DNA of 41,783 nucleotides from Bigelowiella natans CCMP2755. Lineage: Eukaryota; Protista; Cercozoa. A program made the translations under genes and the position numbers. This document shows, in pieces, positions 23,282-35,984 of this stretch. The stretch spans positions 1 to 41,783 of the forward strand of contig ADNK01000056.1 of the NCBI GenBank assembly GCA_000320545.1. Reading direction: 5' to 3'. The notes under the pieces were generated by a model, which had not been told where the DNA came from, ran no database searches, and worked only from the letters and a program-made list of their open reading frames with translations. Each line of letters opens with the position of its first letter. Position 1 is the stretch's first letter.

Positions 23282-25259
23282 AATAGGTATACATACCCCA
23301 CACACTTGCACATATGTACACAGATCACATGGACACATATGCATATAAATTATGCAAGTGGTAATTGTGTTATCGTTCAAAAGAGGGAATAATAATTGAG
23401 AAGGAAAAACCGTTAGGCGGAACATCTAATTTTCGGTTTTTTTTGCGACATTTGAAAGAGTCTGAAGGCTCGCTGATTGCATCTTGGCATATCCATATTT
23501 AAGTGGCGTTTGAGCAATTGTAACGGCGTTGCCGTTGCTATCTTCGGTGTACCTTTTAGCAAATTTAATGGCGCTATCATTTTACAGCTGTGTATATATT
23601 TAATTTCTCTCATATTTTTGGTAGATATCCGGTACTGAGCCCTCACTCAAAAGGGATATCTCTCATGGTGCTACATACGATGTTAGCTCCCTTTCTCATA
23701 GTAGCCTGCCTACCTGGCGACTACTTGATTTCCACTGATTGGGTATGTGCTATTGCCGACGAATGCAGCAATTCCGTCGCAGATCAGCATTTTATATTGC
23801 TGGTTAAGATTACTATATTTCAGAGCGAATGTCAGCTCGGAAGCTACATTTCCTATCACAGTTGGGGCTCTGGTAATGGGAGAAGACGTAGTCGGAGAAT
23901 TGGTCGTTGGTGCGTATGTTCCCTGGTAGTAGGCTGTGAGGGCTATCACGGCATTTTGAATGCCTAACACCGTCGTCAGATCTGACTCAGGCGTCTCTAC
24001 CAGCCTTGTCGCATCATTTGGGTATGGAGTTCTCACCTTCATCTTGACTGTGTCACTGGCGAAGAAGGCAATGACACTCGACGTTGGCATGGAGGAATAA
24101 TTAAATGGTGCTGGATCGAAATCAAGCACAATTCTCTCATCGGGTTCATAAGCGAGAGGAGTACGATGGGATGCGGAAGCAAGGAAGGACGCTAAGCATG
24201 CTCGAAGAGACGTTATATTCAAGGACCAGTATGCTACATCAGGAGAGAGCGATTTGAATGTCATTTGAGCATACAGTGCCGTACCCATAGGTGTAGGCGA
24301 GGCAGTAGCTGGCAAGCAAAAAGTGGGACTGCTCTCGCACGTGATGTTAACTCCAGGACCAACGGTAATGACCTCATGATGCTGCAGTGTTTTGGAGCCT
24401 CTTGGGCCGTTGGGGTAAATGAACACGTAGCTCACAGTATTGTTTGCATCATAGCCTACTTTGTATGTGCATCGCTGACAGAGCGGTTCTATACCTCCCA
24501 AAGATATATAAAAAGTATATACCCCCGGTGAGTAGTCGTCCCAAATTGGCGTTGGCACCGCCCACGTTTCAACCTTTCCCGGGCGGGGGTCAGGAGAGGG
24601 GAAGGTCACGTTCCAAGTCGCCATATCTCCCATCATGCTGACGAACAGCATACGTGCAACCTTCCCTAATTTCAAGCAGCATGCAGGGGGGCAACTTGCT
24701 ACAACACATGAATCGGCCGGAGTGTATCGAACAGTGTAGTCAGATGTTGTACTCCATGCGTACACCATGTTGAAGTGTTCGTTGTTACATAGGTTACCGC
24801 TGTATTCACACAATCCATCGGGACTACCGAGACTAAAATCAGCAATAAAATCGGAACTGTAAAGTTTGTCCGTTCCTGATGGGTAAAGGTGTGCTCAAAG
24901 TGAAATTGTGGGAGTAATGGGTAAAATCTGCGGACACCAAAACTATGTGTGAAAAGGAAGTATGATGTAACGCACTGACCTGGGATTGTTTTATTCAAAG
25001 CTGTTAACAATAATTTTGGATTGTCAGAATAAGGCGCTGGCACTGTAACGTACGCATGAGTCCCCGATTGATACGGACCATTCAGTATAGAAGCATTACA
25101 ACACGTTCCTGAATCACCATAGATGCCTGCATACAAAATTCCCTTCTCATTGAGTATGCCCTCACGAGAGGTACTGTTGGGGGCGAGTGCATTGAAGACT
25201 GTTAAGGAAACAGATGAGATTTGGAGGGGAGCGAAGAAGAGGAGCACCCATGCCGCCAT
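22851..25259 (-). CDS. Cys-rich secreted/type I membrane protein with PT/PS-rich stalks
   Basis: Signal peptide MAAWVLLFFAPLQISS. A phase-1 intron joins ORFs 24699-25259 and 23710-24813. It has PTTNSPTTSSPITRAPT and PTPTPTLPS stalks and a terminal TM GLVIGVVLGAVILVTLPICYWC. Confidence 0.75.
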
Positions 25260-25989
25260 CGAGATCGCTTGAGAAATGCAGATTTCCAGTTCTTTCCCGT
25301 TACGGATGATTAGTCGACTTTTGTGGCTTACATGCTAACTGAAAATCTACGAACAATCGATAAAAATGCATGCCATTTCCACCGTGCGACATTCATATTT
25401 TGGATTTGATGCTAGGATGATGTGTGGTGCGATCTCCATGCAGCATTGCATGTCATCATGGGTGCGTTGCATAGTTGCAGCAGCTAGAGCTACAAGCCAG
25501 GCACGTAGCTCTTTGTCATTCCACATGGTACGAATAATGGGCACTAACGTTAACCAACGGTAGGAGTTCCTCAGCGCAGCGACGTGTGTGTGCATCTAGA
25601 CATGCTACGATCGTGATCGATGCGTGCATGCGTTGTGTGCATGTGATCACGTGATCATCAGTCAGCTGTGCTAGTGTGGTGTCTGCGCATGGTGATGGAT
25701 CACAATTGATACAGGGCATCCGCCTTGCGTCGCGATGCGATATGCACACTAGATACATGATGATCATGCTACATGTCTTAGCCATCCGTGTTCATTTGCA
25801 CATCTTTGTTCATTGCACGAAATGAGGCACGGACCGGATGAAACTTTGAAACTTCAAGTACTATACAGGGGGTCGTAATGCTGTATCACATCATGGCTGC
25901 TTTGGGGACGTCGGACGCTTTACACCTTTACGAAGTTTTCTCGTTCCTGGTGACCGCGATCGTTCCTTTTTCTAGTTAGTGGCATTGCG

Positions 25990-25992
<3 letters not shown>

Positions 25993-26029
<37 letters not shown>

Positions 26030-26078
26030 AAAATGTTTGTCCAGACGATAGATAGGATAAACAGGGAGTGCGCACACA

Positions 26079-26120
<42 letters not shown>
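25993..26120. repeat. (TG)n and (GA)n microsatellites
   Basis: Directly visible. Confidence 0.95.
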
Positions 26121-26124
<4 letters not shown>

Positions 26125-26289
26125 AAAGAGAGGGAGATGAGCATAAACGACCTTTTTCTTTGGCCCACTTTCCGGAAAGATTGAGTTTAGGTATCTGATA
26201 AAAGTACATACAGTAATGACAATGAATTTGATTATGTTTGATCGTTATCGCTAGTATAAGTCATGCAGCTCGAAGTTCATTTAAATTGA

Positions 26290-27540
26290 TTACTCTGATA
26301 TTTCAAATTGCCCGTCTTCGTCAACGGGTAGCGTCATGAGAAGATCTTTCAACTGGTGAGTAAGGAAAAATAGTAGGTCGTATTATAAACAGCATCGTAA
26401 TCACAGTGATTTGAGTATGGCTTGTACAGCATCCATATATCTTGACAGGATAATTCAAATATAAAAATGTGACTATGTCAAATTTATTCCTGAAATCTGA
26501 ATGGAGACTACACTAGAGATTGACTCTGTTGCTGGAAAGAACATATGTTTACAGTGCCATTATTTGAATTTATAGTTAATACAATTTGAAATCTATCATA
26601 CTTCAATCATTTATGTCGATACGCGTATCACGCATGCAGGAAGTGAGTGGTAGAAATCGATGCGATGTGAGTGCTTGTCAAAGTACCTCTTGCTCTGGGG
26701 TCTCCTTGTCGTAGAGTAACAGCTGCGAAGAAAATACACACCCGCATATAAAGAGTCACGCCCACACACACACATTATCGTAGGATATCTTCGTATAATC
26801 TTTCAACAATCTACCTCGTAAAGATGTGTCAATTTCATGTGCATCTTATTTATACCCATTCCTGTAGCCTTCCGATATCGATACAACCCTCGTTCACTTC
26901 TCTCCCCTGGAACATGCTTTATTTACACACACACAACCCAGAAGGGGAGAAGAGAAGACAAATAGATACACATACAAACGGAATGATTGTATTTTCTTCA
27001 GCATATCTTCGATACATCTTCTTTTATTGAACATCAATTATTCGTATCCGGCATAAAAGAACTACATTAGACCTATTGCCTTATTTAGGAAAGAAGGACG
27101 ATGTTACTAAATTGTATCATTTTGATATTTTGTAACTACCGAAATGCATCCTCTATCTCTTTCCGGGTTTCTTTAATGTCCCCCACATCCCTCATAGCAT
27201 CTGCGAACTCCTCATATGAAACTTCACCGTTACCACTTTTATTTGCCTAAAATATAGATGAATTCAATAGAATTTACAACAGAGAAGTGGAAGTTTAATA
27301 AATGGCACCGAAGATTTTATGTTACGATGGCTTCCGAGACAACATCTTCGATGTTTAAGGAGGAGTGCATATATTGTGTTACAATAAAAGCCAAAATGGA
27401 AGCTACTTTTATTATCATGAATATTTTGAATGCTAAAAAGTTGAGAATATAAATCATATCGATGAAAAGTGAGATCATGTGCGATTCCGCATTGCATACC
27501 GTAGGAAATAGATCGGACACCACACGAGGGTTGGCCTACA
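26290..27540 (-). CDS. EF-hand-containing protein (partial model)
   Basis: Exon ANKSGNGEVSYEEFADAMRD (~27190-27247) and LKDLLMTLPVDEDGQFEISE (~26295-26352). The exon chain is not fully resolved. Confidence 0.4.
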
Positions 27541-27790
27541 ATTTTTCATATAACACAGGGCAGACACAGAATGATGAAAGTAATGATTAAGTTGTGTTCA
27601 TGACATCCAAGTCGATTCTCAGAACTCACAATTACTCTCATTACTAGTTTGGGAGTCAATCACAAATTTTAACTCCATCGTTTGTAGAAATGCGGTACCT
27701 CAATTCCAAGCCGGCTCATTGTGCTGCAGATATCGTCAAGTGATAGCCTGTTTGTTGCAACATGCGCACACAAGTCATAGAAATACATTT

Positions 27791-27826
27791 GGGATAGCGG
27801 TGTGCAATGGGATAGCGGTGTGCAAA
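27791..27826. repeat. 18-bp tandem duplication GGGATAGCGGTGTGCAA(T/A)
   Basis: Two adjacent near-identical units. Confidence 0.85.
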
Positions 27827-29191
27827 ATACACAAAACATACGAACACAAAAACAATTAACTGCAGATCTATCACTTCTTTTTTTCCAGAGATTGAGACGC
27901 CCCTATGAGCAATTGGAAGATGTCACGTATTTCCTTATCGGTAATCTAGTTGAGGTTGTAGATTAAGAGAATTTTGGTTTAGAATCACGGAAGTCGCCGC
28001 ATCGAAGTGTTTCTAACTGTCGCATGCTCGTGCATGTATGTGCACATATGTGAGTGTTTGTCAATATCTACATGCTTTGTGTCTGTATGTGATGAGCAGT
28101 CGATCGATTATCCTCCACCTTCTGATCATCCTTCTTTCTATCGGACATTCCTTCTCCCCTAGGAGCTAGCAGTAGCCCTAAATCCAGGTTCCAGGAGCCG
28201 AGTCTGTCTTTTCAGACTTATGAGAAAGACAAAACGCACAGATTCTTCCACAGAAAGAGTCAGTTTGAACACGATAACTTTAATAATTAATGTCGCAAGA
28301 TGAAATTGGTAATGGTTTTGCTCCCTCTTTTCTTCTCCCAGTGCTGCGCGTTTCATCGTCAGTTTTCCGTTATGCCTTCCTCGTCAGCCTATCTAGCTAT
28401 GGATGTTCATTCGATTAATTTCGAACTAGATCTGGAACATTTTGCTTGTCTAGTTGTGCCGTTGTGCCTGCTTCACTCGTTGGTCATCAATTGCTTGCAG
28501 CCCAGTTGCTTGAAGCTCGTGTGTCTTGCTAGCTTGCCAGCACCAGAGCTGCACAAATGCACGCTAGCACGTCTTGTTGGTGGAACATCGAAATGAACTT
28601 GAAAGAAACATCAAATTGATGAATCAATTGAACTAGTGGCTTCACGTGTTGCAGCATTGGACCGAGTCGATCTCATGTGGGACATGCTAGCATGCCAGCT
28701 AGCCAGCTAGCTAGCTAGAATGAGCGGTAGATGATCACACCACCATCACTGCGCTGTGGTGCGATGTCCAAGATGTCTTCATTGATGCTTGACATGATTG
28801 GAACAGTGTCAACCAGGTCGATCATCTAGCTAGCTAGTCACGTGCGCACGTTGCAAAAAGAACATCATTGAACTGTGAATGGCCATTGGTTGCGCATGCA
28901 CACATCTAGGCATGGCTGGTCCTCATGTTGAATATTCGCGCACATAGCACAAGTCTTGAACTGTTGCGGTGGCCATCTAGACACGCAACAGATCGCATGT
29001 AACAAGTCTATGCGTACGTACCTCTAGACGTATCAAGTCCAGAGAGTAGATGCATGCACAACTGCATGCAGGTACGTGCAGCCAACAAAGCACTGTGTTT
29101 CTTACGAACTTCATGCACTCTTTGCAAAACACGTTTTCGCTTGACTGACATTTTTGTGCATGATCAACATAATTCTCCGAGTTTGCCGTCA

Positions 29192-30387
29192 TTATGTCGT
29201 CGTCGTTGTCGACTCTTCCTCCTGCTTCTTCTTGCTATTGGCCTTTCGAAGCATCTCAACGGCGTAAGGTTTAGCTGCTCCCTTTCTCCGCCTCACTCGT
29301 CGTGAACGCCTATCAAGGTGGTTTTCCACATCCTTAAATGATACACCAGCACGCGTACAGATGACGCTGGCGAAGTATAGCACATCTGCTGCCTCAGCTG
29401 CGACATGATCTCTTTCCTGTAAGTAAGTGAATAGTTAAAATGTGCAATATGACAGAAGCTTGAGAATCGAATCCTCGGCCATCTGTCGTGGTCTCCTGTT
29501 ACCTTCGCCTCGATGATCTCCGATGCTTCTTCGAGCATCTTTGCATTAAGCATCTCTGGTTTGTTCTATAGTGTGAATAAAAGAGAATTAGGATGAGGAG
29601 GGAGACAATTATAATTGTTTTCAAATGATAGCACTACTACTACTACAGCTACAACTACTACTGATACTACGACTCCAACTACTACTACTCCTACTACTAT
29701 GCTATAGGGGTAGACCAGTAGGAGTGGTAGTAGTAGTAGTAGTAGTAGTAGTAGTACTGAGCAATAAGAAAAAGAAACAATATTTTATCATCATCATCAT
29801 CATCATCATCATCATTCTCATTGAGATGTGCTCTTTTATATCTTATCTATCGATCGTGAAATACCAGGAGTTTGTTTGTGTAAGAGTTCTCCACAGGATT
29901 TGTTTTCCTGTAGTAGTGCGGTCAGTGAGTGGTATCCATACATTCTCAAAGTTATAAGACATTTTCAAAGGATAAAACTTTTGATATTGCCATCATAATC
30001 ACCACCATCATGTTGATAGTTTTTGATATCCGCAGGAAATTGTTATAATTTTATCACCGCTCTAAAAGCGTGCGGAACAGATGTCCAACTCCTCGGTCGC
30101 CATCCCAACATGTGTACCGATTTAAGTGACAGAAGCCTAGGGGAGGAGAGGAGGGTCGGTCCCATCATATTTGAGCTTAGCCACACGATGTGATGGATGG
30201 TGATGATTCTACTTACCAACGCCATTCTGGCTTACAACAAAGCGAAGAGCATCACGGTCGCAGTCCAGACAGACCTGTAACAACATGTACACATACATCA
30301 ATGAATACCACTGCTACCTCTTTTCTACTTCAACTACTACAACGACTGCTACTGTTACTGTAAGTGGGTATTACTACAACAACAACA

Positions 30388-30428
<41 letters not shown>

Positions 30429-30554
30429 CTCGTGAAGATCCTGCGTGGCTCCGCTAGATAAGCCCTAACGATCGAAAGTTTTTTCAACAACGACATAAGA
30501 GAAGAGCCAGAGATGGAGACGAAGAATGAAAAAGATAAATAGTAAATGAAATAT

Positions 30555-30597
<43 letters not shown>

Positions 30598-30817
30598 CTC
30601 TTTCTTTCCTTCATGCTAATGCGTCGATGAGATTATCGATGTCGCCTATCAGCCGTAGCCCATCATCACCACCACCACCACCAGCAGCAGCAGCAGCAGC
30701 AGCATCATGCCGCCTTCTCTTCGCACCTTATGCCAAAGACCCCTTCGGCGTGAGTGATAAATCCCGGCTAAACGAAGGAAATTTTAGCTATTAAGAGAAC
30801 GGTCGGTTTTTTTTGTT

Positions 30818-30863
<46 letters not shown>

Positions 30864-32125
30864 TTTATTTCAGTAGATATATATATATATATATATATAT
30901 ATTTATTTATCAATTCGCTTCTGCGAATCTTAATAACTGATGATGATTACAATATGTCGCACCTCTCTTCCTCATCGCCGCACGAACAGATTCTTCGTTT
31001 GAATATACCAATCCAAGAGCAACATGCTGCTGATCTGTTATACACACACACACACATGGATGTATAATATGTGCAAATTTATATATGCGAGACTGACTCC
31101 GCAAATCTCGTACCAAACACCTTCTGATAGAATAGCTTCTTGCGTACGACCGATACTTCTTACATCATCGTTTCAATGATTATATGGTGTGCGAGTGTGC
31201 GCGCCCATGTGCGTGCGTGTGACAGAAGTCTAGCATAGAGTAGGTACCGACGACAACGGTAGTAAACAGCTTGTCTTGCCGGTCTGTGCGAATGAAAGGC
31301 ACGATCAGATCGGCCACCTCCTGCAATAGAATTCACCACAAAAATGATGGAAGGAGGGATGGATTATCAGGGGTGGAGGATGAAAAGGAAAAGAGTCCTC
31401 AACTTAAAACAGCAACATGTAAAACAACACTCATCGAATATGGAATATAGGGTGGTTGTCTTGCCTCCACATCTTCACCATTCTCTATCAATACTATCAT
31501 CATCGTCGTCGTCATAGCAGCTGGTAATGGTCAATCATAGAATAATATATGTGTTCCTTTTTTCTGCCCTCTCTCTCCCTCTCTCACCAGTTTTCCTGTC
31601 GCCAGAGCATCTCCTATCTGCGGTCTAAGACCCAGCTGTATTCAAGTAGTATATCCAACATTAGGATGAACAAGAAGAAGATTATGATGACGACGACGAT
31701 GATGTGTTATTTGTATGAATATATCAGTAAGTCACCTTCTCAATCGCAACAATCTCTTCCACTGATCCTATGCTGCCCGTGACACCGACGGCAAGCTAAA
31801 TAAATGTGATTTTGAGAAGGGGAGAAGGGAGGGATATTATTTTAAGGATGAAGAACGATGATCATGATGAATCTTATAAGTATTATTGCCAGGGCCGAAA
31901 ATAGTCTCTCGACACCTCCCCCCCCCCTTTACCTGTAGCTGCTTGCTCGCCGCTGCAACAGCTTCCAGATCTGCGAACGTTTTTGATTTTGAATCAACAG
32001 TCTCTGCCAGAGACTCAAATTCCACCAAAACCTTTCCGGTAGAAAAACAAAACAAGGAAAAAGTATGAGTACGGTGTTTGTGTCTTTGTGTGCTTGTGCT
32101 GGTGTGTGTGTGTGTGTCTATCTGC

Positions 32126-32164
<39 letters not shown>

Positions 32165-32361
32165 TTTCCCGGGAATGATATGTTTTAAAGCAAATGTGCA
32201 TGCCTCAAATCAATACTGCTACTACCTCCGACACATGCGCAGAGATCTTCTTCATAAGCTTCGTATCCACTTCCTGTAAAGAAGGGACGTTGAGGACTTT
32301 GTGAGGGAGAGGGATAGAGGCAATACTGGACACGATGGGCTCAAACTCAGCTCTCAGAGGG

Positions 32362-32399
<38 letters not shown>

Positions 32400-33395
32400 G
32401 AGAGGGGGTGGGGGGGACGGGGAGGGCGTGTGTATTAATTCTTTTGCTCTTCTTCTTCTACCACTCGGATATATGCGTGCATGCGTGTGGTAGAGGTTTG
32501 ATTGGAGTGTTAACCCACCGCGCCCTCACTGGAGAAAAGAGCAACGAACCGGTTCTTGTACTTTCCGGTGATGTCGCACGCTTCCTTAGCATCTATCACC
32601 AAAAATAACAGATAAATGGGGAAGAGATTACCGCAGGGATTGTCTCGAAATCGAAAAGAAAAGTAAAATAGATTACATTTTATAGTATAAGTACCCCATG
32701 TTGACGCAGGAAGAACGATCTGGAGGTAAATCATTGTTGCCAATCAAGACCAGTTTCTTCTCAAAAAACGAAAGTTGATGATTTATCGCATTTCCTACCT
32801 TTGTAACCCCGGAATCGAGAAAGGTGAGCGCATCGTCTAGTGTAGCAACGCCTTCAAGTCTTACCTTCACTCCAGAGCAAATGATCGCCTTAACAGCGTC
32901 CCAGCTCTCAGTTTCTTGGTCGAGCACGACGATAGCCATTTCCCCTAATAAACCTAAGTACTTCGATCTTTCCACCGCATCGTCGCCGACAGATTTTGTG
33001 ACCTCCCCCGTCTTCGTCTTCTTCTTTTTATAGGTAACCGACTTGCCTGGGCAGCGGACACGCAGAAGAACACAATGGGAGAGCGTTGGGAAGGACAATG
33101 CATTTAGTTTAGTTTTGGAACATACAAAAACAATGCGAAAGGTTGCAGAAGGGGATGAAGACAAGGTTGGGCGTTAGGATAGAAGGTAAAGTCCAGTAGA
33201 AGGGGGGGGGGTGCTCATTGTTAAAAGGGGTTCGCTGCATAGACCGATCCCAAGGATTGTTTGTTTAAATTAGGAAAAAATGTCCTTTTCATACAATTGA
33301 CATTCTAGAGGGAGGAAAAGACGGGATGGAGTCGTACCCTTCTCAACGTAGAGGGTGGGCATGCATATGGGGCTGAGTTCCTCATGGGGATGCAT
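29192..33395 (-). CDS. hisIE: Histidine biosynthesis fusion: degenerate HisA/HisF-like barrel + PR-AMP cyclohydrolase (HisI) + PR-ATP pyrophosphatase (HisE), without HisD
   Basis: Exons give RTDRQDKLFTTVVV, ALGLVYSNEESVRAA, GIYHSRRRGLWHKGLSSGATQ, LDCDRDALRFVVSQNGVGFCHLNRYTCW (HisI), NSYTNKLL, KMLEEASE, EAADVLYF (HisE) and RRRKGAAKP, then stop at 29192. Confidence 0.9.
29632..29815. repeat. Intronic (CTA)n, (TAG)n and (CAT)n microsatellites
   Basis: Directly visible in a hisIE intron. Similar arrays occur at 30395-30428, 37330-37363, 39252-39282 and 40065-40127. Confidence 0.95.
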
Positions 33396-34375
33396 GGCTA
33401 GGTCTTCCTGAATTCAGTGTGGCAGATCCCAAAATTATCATTTCTTGCCACAAATTCATTGTCGCTGCACAGAGATCGTATAAATATACCAACGTTACGT
33501 ATCTCTATCTGCATTCAGATGTTTTTCCGATAAAAAACTTCATTGCAGCTGTACTGAAATGAGCTGAAAATACGAGTGTTCGTTGCTGTCGGTGCTCCTT
33601 ACATTCAATTCGATGTCGCGATACGAATATTTTCAGGCGACATGCTCACGATTATGACGTACAGGCAAAATTCCAGTTCGATAATTTCCGCGGGAAATAT
33701 ACTCTCCCAAGGCCCTTTTGGAATCGAAGGGGAGTTCCGGGTATTCTCTCAAATCGCAAGATTCTAGGAGGTTTCTTTGCATCTGGTTTCCTGAGGACCT
33801 TTTTTTGCTTGAAATCCTGGAAACCAGGAAACCCTAGGAAACCCGTAAAATCTGCTGTTGTCAACACCATCTCTTTTTTTTGTTAGTGAAGTATTAAGAC
33901 ATTCAAACATGATAAGAACGTAAGGGCTCCTTCATTTTTGTAACATAGACAACACTTTGGACTGAGAAATATCGAGAATAGTCCTACAAAAGTAGCCTAA
34001 AGCTCATGCTAGGCTTGACAAATGAACTTTAAACGATAAGAATTGAGTAAATACTTCAATCTCGATTTTTGAAGTCTATAAACGGGAGGAAAAAGATAAA
34101 GACAAAATTTATGCTAAGTTTTTCGACATAAAAGAACGGACATGCAGCATTTTCGATATTCTGAGTTGCTAACATGAAAGTCTTAGCTGTCCTAACATAG
34201 CCCACCTCCAGCTGGTGTATCTGACACGTTGCCATTTCGTTTCCAGACTCTTCTGAGCTTTCGAGATAATTGGTAAAAGTTTGATGTCGTAACTGGGGAA
34301 TAGACCTCTTTTTCACTATTACGTGGATACGATTTGCAACAGAAGCCGTCAATTCACATATCCCAAACAATCAAA

Positions 34376-35006
34376 ATGGTGTCCGACCGATCCCTCGCCC
34401 TCTGCGCTTCCGTTGTTGCTAATGTAGCTCTTCTCTTCGCCCTAGTTTCTGTCTCCCAACAGGTTCCAACTTTTTAACTTTGTTGATGAGGTGGAGAGCA
34501 ATTATTTATTCGAGTGGATAGAATAAGTGGGAAAAGGGGTGTCGACGTAGACCCCCCCCCCTAAAACACACGGTCGCAGGGCCGGAGTTTTTCAGATGTT
34601 CTCAAAGGCGAACATGTTTATTCCATTTTTATTTATATAAATGTTATATTCTTAGGGCCCATTGGCTGCGCCAATGACTGCTAGCCGTGGTATCACCACC
34701 GCTGCTATGCCTCGCTTTGCTTCTAGGGTTGCTCCTCGCGCTATGTACTATGGAAGGATGCCTGTCATGGCAAGCAACGAGGAAGTTTTCGCTAAAGTTC
34801 AGGATATTGTCGCTTCCCAGCTTTCTATCGAAAAGGAGAAGGTTTCTGAAACCTCCACCTTCGCTGACCTTGGAGCTGACTCCCTTGACACTGTTGAGAT
34901 CGTGATGGCTATCGAAGAGGCTTTCGGTGTTGAAGTTCCTGAGGATGCTGCTGCAGAAATGTCTAACCTCAAGGAGGCTGTTGATTACATCGTTACTAAG
35001 GCTTAA
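34376..35006 (+). CDS. acpP: Plastid acyl carrier protein with bipartite presequence
   Basis: Exon 1 (34376-34462) is MVSDRSLALCASVVANVALLFALVSVSQQ (signal peptide). Exon 2 (34656-35006) carries the transit peptide and DLGADSLDTVEIVM (phosphopantetheine Ser). Confidence 0.95.
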
Positions 35007-35984
35007 ATATATCATTTAATGCTGATAGCCTGGCACACGGTGGTGGTTTAGGTTTATAAGGCGTACGACTGCAAGCATTTAACAGCCCTCCGCTTCACGA
35101 CGGGGAAATAGTTGTGCACAATGTGTGAATATATATACTCGTCATCAAAGTTTGAGTGCCCATCGGCGCTCCGTGGTGTCATTTAAAACGAAAAAAATGT
35201 CGTTCACTTGTTGCCAAATTTACATATGTCACTATTGATATCTTCCCCACCTTCTTGATGTAGCGAGGTATGTTGCCGAATGTGCTCACGTGAGTCAGGA
35301 CGTTCGCTTCTGTGCATTATACGATGCGTTCATGCTACATGTCAAGATGCATATCTAGATATTATCATAGCTATAGATAGCTCTAGAGTACGACAAGCCA
35401 TGCGTAATAAATCGATGATTTTCATTCGAGGGCAGCCACGCGCAATCTAGCAATGCTAGAATGCTCACTAGCTCAGTCCGTCGCCGTACAGCATGCCATG
35501 TAGCGCGCATCGCTAGCTAGGCAGATAGTTATGATCGCATCCAACTAACAAGAGCGCATGCTAACATGCACCTGTGTAGCGAATTCAAGTAGTGGGACGG
35601 CAGCATTCTAGCATTGCCGATTCTGCTGATGCCAAAATAGTAGTCTGTTGTTCGCGCATGCTTTGCAGTGCATACGACACAGCGCACAAATATCATTTTG
35701 AAGTGGTACTATCATTGCGTTATTAGCTTTGCATGACAGACATAGAGATGCACGGATACAGATGCACAAGAGTAGTTCTTCAATGTACACTTCGTATTTT
35801 TTAGATTAAGCGGTTTATGTCAGTGATGTCAGTGAGTGTGAGTCAGTCTAAGTAGCTGCATGGCATTTCATGTAAGAATCTATTCAATGCTCTGCTGGTC
35901 TAGCACATGTTAGGATACGCATTCTCCGCCTATGGATTCGTTATATCGTATTCTACGAGACATGACTGATGACGCACTGGTGGA

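Noticed and set aside
33652-33870. 72-aa minus ORF with GF(L/P)GF repeats
   Set aside because: Arises from short GGAAACC(C) repeats in the divergent hisIE/ACP spacer. No coding support.
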